Assembly: GCA_964462595.1 (NCBI GenBank)
Contig: CAYWXM010000023.1
Location: 71,543 to 135,542 of the forward strand
Reading direction: 5' to 3'
DNA from: an uncultured Actinomycetota bacterium
GTDB taxonomy: Bacteria > Actinomycetota > Geothermincolia > Geothermincolales > RBG-13-55-18
Length of the DNA: 64,000 nucleotides
This document shows positions 58,647 through 64,000 of this stretch, piece by piece. A program made the position numbers and the translations under genes. The first letter of the stretch is position 1; every line of letters starts with the position of its first letter. A model generated the notes under the pieces. It was not told the DNA's origin. It worked only from the letters and a program-made list of their open reading frames with translations, and did no database searches.

Positions 58647-59723
58647 GTGTCTCATGCCGAATTAACCACTATGAGCAGACGAGAGAACGTGGACTTATAC
58701 GATAGCCTGTCGCGTAATCGCAGGCACCTGATATATGCCACCGCGCTACTGATGGCGGTCATCATGACCATTTCCGGTCTCGCGATACTCATCTTGCGCG
58801 ACGCCTTTGATATAGCCATCAATTTCTGGTTCCTGTGGACCATGTTCTGGCTCCTCTTCGCGGTATATGTCGTGCTACGTTATGCCCTGGGGGGGATGTG
58901 GTTACTCAATGGCGTCAAGACACTTCCTGCCTCAAAGAGAGATATTTGTATCGATGGTTCTGTTATGGCCGCTGCCTTGGCCTCGGGTATGACAGGCCGA
59001 GTCCGCATTTTCGAGATCGAGGATGACGATATCAATGCCTTCTCCCTCTCCCTGCCCGATGCCAGCTTCGCCATCTTCCTGACCGAGGGAATAGCCTGGA
59101 AGGTCGAGGAAAGAGAGCGCGTGGCGATTATCGCCCACGAGATAGCGCATATGCAGGCCGGTGACACGGCTGTTCATACCCTGATAATACGAATGGCCGG
59201 GCGCAGGTCCCTGAAAAAGATGATAAGAGGCCTTCCGAACAAGGGTTTTGTTTTCGCGAGATACGTATCTACGTCGGTTATCGCTTTCCTGTTCGCGACG
59301 ATTGTCTTTATAGAGCTGTTCGGCACCGCCAACGATCCCGGCCTCGGTCTTTCCCCGGCAGCATTCTTCTGGCTTTTCCTGTTATCGCTCTTCGTCATGC
59401 TGATGCTCTTACTTCCCCTGGCAAGCAGAGCCCTGCTGAGATTTTTTCTGGACAGGGACCGGGAATATAACGCTGATATGCATGCCGTCTTTCTCACCCG
59501 CGATCCAGATGCAGTATACAACGCCCTAAGGCTCGCGGCGGAAGACGTGCGCGACGTCATATTCCTGCCCGCGTGCTTTGACGCCCTGCTGTTCAATCCC
59601 GTTGTCGATTATTCCTCCTACAGGCCCTATCGCACCCAACCTACGATGTCGCATCGCATGCAGCGACTGTGTGAAGCCTTTCCCATGCTCATTTTGCAGG
59701 CTCAATCCAAGAGGCCCCGTTAG
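58647..59723 (+). CDS. M48-family (HtpX-like) membrane zinc metallopeptidase
   Basis: 358-aa ORF (GTG start) with TM helices, the HEIAH zinc motif (HExxH) and a downstream EYNAD third-ligand motif. Confidence 0.75.
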   Translation: MSHAELTTMSRRENVDLYDSLSRNRRHLIYATALLMAVIMTISGLAILILRDAFDIAINFWFLWTMFWLLFAVYVVLRYALGGMWLLNGVKTLPASKRDICIDGSVMAAALASGMTGRVRIFEIEDDDINAFSLSLPDASFAIFLTEGIAWKVEERERVAIIAHEIAHMQAGDTAVHTLIIRMAGRRSLKKMIRGLPNKGFVFARYVSTSVIAFLFATIVFIELFGTANDPGLGLSPAAFFWLFLLSLFVMLMLLLPLASRALLRFFLDRDREYNADMHAVFLTRDPDAVYNALRLAAEDVRDVIFLPACFDALLFNPVVDYSSYRPYRTQPTMSHRMQRLCEAFPMLILQAQSKRPR

Positions 59724-59730
59724 AGGGGCC
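59711..59730 (+). terminator. hairpin (AGGCCCC-gttaga-GGGGCCT) at the M48 peptidase stop, with tRNA-Cys on the opposite strand
   Basis: A perfect 7-bp stem overlaps the TAG stop and is followed by tatatat. It is a possible bidirectional terminator. Confidence 0.35.
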
Positions 59731-59739
59731 TATATATCC

Positions 59740-59813
59740 TGGAGGCGGCGACCGGATTTGAACCGGTGATCAAGGTTTTGCAGACCTTTGCCTTACCACT
59801 TGGCCACGCCGCC
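59740..59813 (-). tRNA. tRNA-Cys (anticodon GCA)
   Basis: The reverse strand reads GGCGGCGTGGCCAAGTGGTAAGGCAAAGGTCTGCAAAACCTTGATCACCGGTTCAAATCCGGTCGCCGCCTCCA, with a 3-bp D-stem and U73 discriminator typical of tRNA-Cys. CCA is encoded. Confidence 0.9.
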
Positions 59814-59879
59814 ATTTCTAAATGTCCGCATTATCGGCTGCGGCAAAAAGGTAGGCGATTTGACGCCTACCTGTTATCC

Positions 59880-59924
59880 TGGAGCGGAAGACGGGATTCG
59901 AACCCGCGACCTTCACCTTGGCAA
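59880..59924 (-). repeat. partial tRNA-Gly 3' copy (anticodon loop to CCA, 45 nt); direct repeat of the 3' half of tRNA-Gly at 62741-62785; candidate attR
   Basis: It is identical to the 3' 45 nt of the full tRNA-Gly except for one position (A versus G in the variable region). The upstream sequence cannot form the D-arm or the 5' acceptor strand. Confidence 0.8.
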
Positions 59925-60146
59925 TCCGAAACTGCGTGCATACTGTGTTTCGCCATGTTTCGCGATTTCCGCCATAACCTGCATAAAAACAATTTCCGCT
60001 CTTTCTATTTTTAACCACGTTTCGCGTTGTTTTGCAACGACCTGCTAGATATTCGCTAGAAAGAACTCACATATTTATTATTGATAGTGAGCCATAAATT
60101 TAACTAGGACGAAACGGAACTATGACAACCCCGGAAGACAGAGATA

Positions 60147-60959
60147 TTAAAGACTGCCCCAATTATGGTTTTCTTCGTCCCACTTGAGTCGCTCCTCTGG
60201 CCGTTCAACTGCCTCCAGTAGCCTATCAAGTGCTTGCTTTAGTACGTCTGGATCGGAGCTACATATCTGTAATCTTTTCGCTATCGACCCATCAGTGTCT
60301 CTAAATATTCGGAAGTCAATCTGTGTAGGCTCCGGAATCTTAGATATTTCTTTATTAGCGTTCTTACGATGCTTCAATAGAAGCAATATGCTGGCCCATA
60401 AAGCGTTAGCAATGACAGCAATTCCAATGCTCAATGCAATATTGGTGAAATCCACAATGATGCGACATGCAGGAACTGCGGCGAACTGATAAAGTCGCTG
60501 GATTCTAACTGGACCTAAACTAGTGAGTTTGCTTGCCGCCTTTTCAAGAATATCATCACTGAAATAAGCAGCGTCTGCAGCAATACTAAGGAAAGTACCG
60601 CTTCGCTTGGGGTCGATCGCATCAAGTTCTGCGATTGTCTCGCCGCACGTGAAGGAAATACCACCGGGTGCATTTATACTTGCCCAATCAGCTTCAATGG
60701 CACCCCAATCTGTTACATCGACTTCGAACTCTGCCTCAACGGCCTTTGTACCGCCAGGTAGTTCAATGACATCTGCACTGAGGCACTGAGCTTCCCACCG
60801 CTGCATGGGATCGTGATTGTTTACAAGAGGAATCAAATTCCCCTTGAGCTGTTCGACAAGCTGCCCTAGTACTTTTTCGGACAATCTAATGCCGCCATAT
60901 GCTTTAATTGGTCTATTTGTGGCAACCAAGATCTTGAGCGTCTTACGTTCCCCGTGCAT
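60147..60959 (-). CDS. hypothetical protein with a single C-terminal-proximal transmembrane helix (island cargo)
   Basis: 270-aa ORF with an N-terminal soluble domain of about 175 aa and a hydrophobic segment IIVDFTNIALSIGIAVIANALWASILLLL, followed by a tail of about 70 aa. It is lower in GC than the host genes. I recognised no family. Confidence 0.5.
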   Translation of the reverse strand: MHGERKTLKILVATNRPIKAYGGIRLSEKVLGQLVEQLKGNLIPLVNNHDPMQRWEAQCLSADVIELPGGTKAVEAEFEVDVTDWGAIEADWASINAPGGISFTCGETIAELDAIDPKRSGTFLSIAADAAYFSDDILEKAASKLTSLGPVRIQRLYQFAAVPACRIIVDFTNIALSIGIAVIANALWASILLLLKHRKNANKEISKIPEPTQIDFRIFRDTDGSIAKRLQICSSDPDVLKQALDRLLEAVERPEERLKWDEENHNWGSL

Positions 60960-61173
60960 CGTTTGCTCCCTACAAAGTTCGCCATTCCTACATGGCCTAT
61001 CTTATGTTACGCTTCGAGTTTCCTCAACATTAGTCATTCCGTCTTCTCCATACAAAGCGCCCTCAAGCCTGGAAACCGCTTGCTTCGCCTACCCCTCGAA
61101 GAGATTGCCGTAAACGTCCCAGGTCATCTTCGCGGAGGCGTGGCCCACCAAGGCCTGTATGGTCTTCACGTTC

Positions 61174-62499
61174 TCACCCTGGCTGATCAACATGCTGATG
61201 TAGCTCGATAGTATCTGATTTCATTGAAGAACCGGGATTCATCCCTGCTAAAACGCTAGCTACTCTTTGCGCTCCGCCAGAAGTTCTCCACTCGACCGCT
61301 TCTGGTATTTCGTTAAATTCAAGTAGCTGCTGCCCCCCTATTTCTTCAATCGCTTTTCGGACTTCTGAAGGTGTCGCGTAGAAATACTCCCTTCTCATAT
61401 TGACCAGGTTCAGCCGCCGGTCTGCGAAATACTTGTGTAGTTGGTTTTCAAGACCCACAGCATCATCGGAGAAAATGAGCGCATGAACATCGAAGTTGAA
61501 TGGTACACTCGCGTCCCCAAGCTCTCGCACCCGATCCATCGGCTCTAGCCTCCTGGTAAGGCCGATTTTTATAACATGTTCTCCAAAACTTCCGAAGTTT
61601 GATATTACGTATACGTATCCTGCCCTGATGTTGGCCTCTCGGTTTTCGATGCCTTCAATCGCCGCGCGGATTTCTGCCAACATAGATTCCATGTCTGCGG
61701 CCCCCTGTTCATCGCCCTTTTCACGGAGCTTTTCAAGGGTCGTCTGATAGTGAGACTGCTCCTTCTCCAACCGTCGCTTCTCCGCCTCTAATTCCCTTAT
61801 AGCTTTCTCTTCTTCTCTTTGGCGTGCTCGTTCTTCCTTTAATCGCTCCTTTTCTTCCTCAACCTTGTAGAGATAGTCTGAAGTAAGCTCTATCTCGTAT
61901 TTTCTCCAGCGATGATATTCGTCAGTAATACGCAGTTCTATCATCTTCCCAAGCTTGGCGATTGATTCGCGAGCCTTTTCCAGCCGTGAAATGGAAGATG
62001 CAAGCGTGTGAGGCTTGAGAGTTCTTACGATATTATCTGCCTCGGAATTATAAGCTCTTAGCATTAGCTTAGATAGATCATTTACGAACTTCTGGCCTTG
62101 TTTAGCAGAATTATTAAACGTGAAGTTCTTTATCGATGAAACAGCTCTACCTGATTTGACAAGTGCCTTTAAGTTGTCTTTGGTCTCAGCGAGTTTTCCC
62201 TTATAGGCTACTGCATCATCTAAAGGGTGCCTGTACTGGTATATACCGACTCCCTGCAAGATAGCCATCTCATCTGTCTCAACAATCTTGGCCTGGGCTT
62301 CCCTGACCTCTCGTTGCGCCTGGGTCAGTTGCGCCTGGGCGGTAGCCACCTGTTGCTCGGTCGCTGCAAGATTGGTGCGCATCGCCTCGACTTGCCGAGC
62401 AACCTCTACGGCTTCTACCCCCTTAAGGTACTCGACCCACTGTTTAAGATTGGCGTTCTCTGCCTCCAACTCTTCAAGCTTCTTTTTTCCAAAAACCAT
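61174..62499 (-). CDS. coiled-coil / DUF4041 / T5orf172 (MUG113, GIY-YIG-like) domain protein; putative nuclease (island cargo)
   Basis: 441-aa ORF with an N-terminal coiled coil of about 75 aa, a central region with the DUF4041 pattern and a second charged coiled coil, and a C-terminal region GYVYVISNFGSFGEHVIKIGLTRRLEPMDRVRELGDASVPFNFDVHALIFSDDAVGLENQLHKYFADRRLNLVNMRREYFYA that matches the T5orf172 domain pattern. Confidence 0.7.
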   Translation of the reverse strand: MVFGKKKLEELEAENANLKQWVEYLKGVEAVEVARQVEAMRTNLAATEQQVATAQAQLTQAQREVREAQAKIVETDEMAILQGVGIYQYRHPLDDAVAYKGKLAETKDNLKALVKSGRAVSSIKNFTFNNSAKQGQKFVNDLSKLMLRAYNSEADNIVRTLKPHTLASSISRLEKARESIAKLGKMIELRITDEYHRWRKYEIELTSDYLYKVEEEKERLKEERARQREEEKAIRELEAEKRRLEKEQSHYQTTLEKLREKGDEQGAADMESMLAEIRAAIEGIENREANIRAGYVYVISNFGSFGEHVIKIGLTRRLEPMDRVRELGDASVPFNFDVHALIFSDDAVGLENQLHKYFADRRLNLVNMRREYFYATPSEVRKAIEEIGGQQLLEFNEIPEAVEWRTSGGAQRVASVLAGMNPGSSMKSDTIELHQHVDQPG

Positions 62500-62740
62500 T
62501 GATTGTTCCTTTCTTTTATGTGTTGAATGTAACCCCCATCAACTGTAGCCAAAATCTTTTCTATTACCCCCCTCCAGTACATCATGTCCCAAGGGGGGCC
62601 AAGCTTAAACCTGGCTTCAATACACCCTCAGACTTACTGAGGCAGCCCAAGGCGGACGAACGTGTGAGGGTGACATGGGTATATTTGCTAGATTTCTGGA
62701 ACGTTTAAGGGGCCTCGGTTTCCCGAGACCCCTTCTGACC

Positions 62741-62816
62741 TGGAGCGGAAGACGGGATTCGAACCCGCGACCCTCACCTTGGCAAGGTGATGCTCTACCA
62801 ACTGAGCCACTTCCGC
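62741..62816 (-). tRNA. tRNA-Gly (anticodon GCC)
   Basis: The reverse strand reads GCGGAAGTGGCTCAGTTGGTAGAGCATCACCTTGCCAAGGTGAGGGTCGCGGGTTCGAATCCCGTCTTCCGCTCCA, a canonical cloverleaf with encoded CCA. Confidence 0.9.
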
Positions 62817-62873
62817 CTGCTTCACAACTCAAGATTCTAGCATCGCAAGGCGCGTTGCTCAAGGCTGTTCCCT

Positions 62874-63239
62874 CTACCTCCTGGCCTCTTTCTGCAACAC
62901 CTTGCTCACGATGATCAGCCTGCTCGCCCGGTCCTTGAGGGCTCTTTTGAAGTCTATGACCATCTTTTCGAAATCAGGCTCCGGCTTATACGCGTATATG
63001 GTCTCCGCGCCATCTCCCGCCCTGAACTCGTGAGTCAGTATTCCTTTAGCGGTCATGCGCTCGAGAAAAGGCTCGATATCCGAACCCAACCTCCCGATAC
63101 TCATGGCTATACTCGATGGAGATCCTACGGTATACGGGTTCTCGTGGAAAAAGAGGATCAGGTCCCAGGTTATAAAGGAGTCAACGTACTCCTCGACAAA
63201 ACCGGCTACCTGCTGATCAAGGTTTTCGAAATCCAGCAT
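62874..63239 (-). CDS. hypothetical protein (121 aa)
   Basis: An ORF with host-like composition directly downstream of the KaiC-like gene. No domain recognised. Confidence 0.45.
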   Translation of the reverse strand: MLDFENLDQQVAGFVEEYVDSFITWDLILFFHENPYTVGSPSSIAMSIGRLGSDIEPFLERMTAKGILTHEFRAGDGAETIYAYKPEPDFEKMVIDFKRALKDRASRLIIVSKVLQKEARR

Positions 63240-63266
63240 CGCGGAATCACACCTCGCTTACCTTAA

Positions 63267-64000
63267 TCACTTGAAAAACTCCTCGGCCTTCTTCAAGCGC
63301 CGCGTCACGTAAGGGTTGCCGCTCAATATGCCTTCCCTGCCCTCGAAGGCTGCCTTTACCTCTATGCCCGAGGGGGTTATCAGCATGCGGCGTATGCTTT
63401 TGTCATGGTCGGATGCGCGGTGTTTAAGGACAAACAGGGCGCGCTCGATGCTCGAGCTTATCTCAACATAGCGAAGCTGGATTATGGTGTCCACAATATA
63501 CGACAATCCCGCCTCGGCCACTGACATGTTGCCGGTAATGAAGGCGTCCTCCTGGGTAACGAGCGCCGTGATCTCGTAGCGCAGCAAACCGTTGAGGAAG
63601 GTGTACATTATCTCACGCAGCTGCACCGGTTCCTGGGTTATGCGCTCCAGCTGCGTCATCGAGTCTACGAACACCCTCTTGGCCGAAATCTCCTCTATGG
63701 TACGATCGAAAATGCCTCCAGGCTGCTGTATCTCCCTCAGGAAGACGGCGGGCGTAGTAAATACAGTTCTCAGCTTGTTCTCGCGCTCGTATGCTCGCAG
63801 ATCAAAACCAATCGAGACGGCATCGCGATAGAGCTGCCTCGGAAATTCCTCGAAGGTGATTATCAGTCCCGGCTCGTCATACTCCATGATGCCCCGGGAT
63901 ATGAACTCCATACCGATACAGCTCTTACCTGTTCCAGGCGCGCCCTTGATAACCGCGACAGAATTATATAGCAGGCCTCCCCCCAGCATATCGTCCAGAC
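63267..64000 (-). CDS. KaiC-like RecA-superfamily ATPase; the 5' end of the gene is beyond the window
   Basis: It has Walker A GAPGTGKS preceded by ...DDMLGGGL..., a Walker B-like VFVDSM motif and a KaiC/RadA-like fold. The reading frame stays open to the window edge. Confidence 0.75.
   Translation of the reverse strand, partial: LDDMLGGGLLYNSVAVIKGAPGTGKSCIGMEFISRGIMEYDEPGLIITFEEFPRQLYRDAVSIGFDLRAYERENKLRTVFTTPAVFLREIQQPGGIFDRTIEEISAKRVFVDSMTQLERITQEPVQLREIMYTFLNGLLRYEITALVTQEDAFITGNMSVAEAGLSYIVDTIIQLRYVEISSSIERALFVLKHRASDHDKSIRRMLITPSGIEVKAAFEGREGILSGNPYVTRRLKKAEEFFK

Larger units (their letters stand above)
59925..62740 (-). mobile_element. tRNA-Gly-integrated genomic island or remnant of about 2.8 kb, with no integrase
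   Basis: It is bounded by intact tRNA-Gly (62741-62816) and the 45-nt direct repeat of its 3' end (59880-59924). Compared with flanking DNA it is visibly AT-rich and has different codon usage. It carries two minus-strand ORFs. Confidence 0.65.

Noticed and set aside
59925-62740. Integrase or recombinase gene inside the tRNA-Gly island
   Set aside because: All six frames were checked. Only two credible ORFs exist, and neither has tyrosine- or serine-recombinase motifs. The island is therefore reported as integrase-less rather than a complete integrative element.
1-64000. CRISPR arrays, rRNA genes, IS elements or transposases
   Set aside because: I saw no regularly spaced direct repeats, no rRNA-like conserved blocks, and no transposase-like ORFs with terminal inverted repeats anywhere in the window.

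Overview
This is a high-GC, very gene-dense bacterial chromosomal segment, coded almost entirely on the minus strand. Most of it is conserved housekeeping synteny of the high-GC Gram-positive (Actinobacteria-like) type: sepF-yggS, the ybeZ(phoH)-pgpH-ybeY-corC block, mtaB-rsmE-dnaJ-hrcA-hemW-lepA with divergent rpsT, pheT-pheS-trmH-rplT-rpmI-infC, a riboflavin operon (ribD-ribE-ribBA-ribH) behind an FMN riboswitch, rpe-thpR-cinA-pgsA-rimO-ftsK, and the rimP-nusA-infB-DUF503-rbfA-nrnA-truB-ribF-rpsO-pnp-M16 peptidase-dapB string, then thrS with a HIT (Ap4A-phosphorylase-like) gene. Features I could read directly from the sequence are a textbook CIRCE element abutting the hrcA start codon, the FMN riboswitch with an intrinsic terminator, an intrinsic-terminator-like hairpin in the infC leader and a probable AUA start for infC, a terminator hairpin just upstream of rimP, and tRNA-Val, tRNA-Cys and tRNA-Gly. 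The accessory content is (i) a three-gene c-di-GMP signalling module (membrane GAF-PAS histidine kinase, REC-GGDEF with a GGDDF variant motif, GAF-GAF-HD-GYP) inserted between infC and the rib operon. (ii) The most interesting region is a small, visibly AT-rich island of about 2.8 kb inserted at the 3' end of tRNA-Gly(GCC), bounded by a 45-nt direct repeat of the tRNA 3' half (one mismatch). It carries a coiled-coil/DUF4041/T5orf172 (GIY-YIG-like) putative nuclease and a membrane-anchored protein of unknown function but no integrase. I regard it as a candidate minimal phage-defence or abortive-infection cargo, or the decayed remnant of an integrative element. A partial KaiC-like ATPase gene and a small unknown ORF lie just beyond the tRNA at the window end. 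No CRISPR arrays or rRNA genes were seen.
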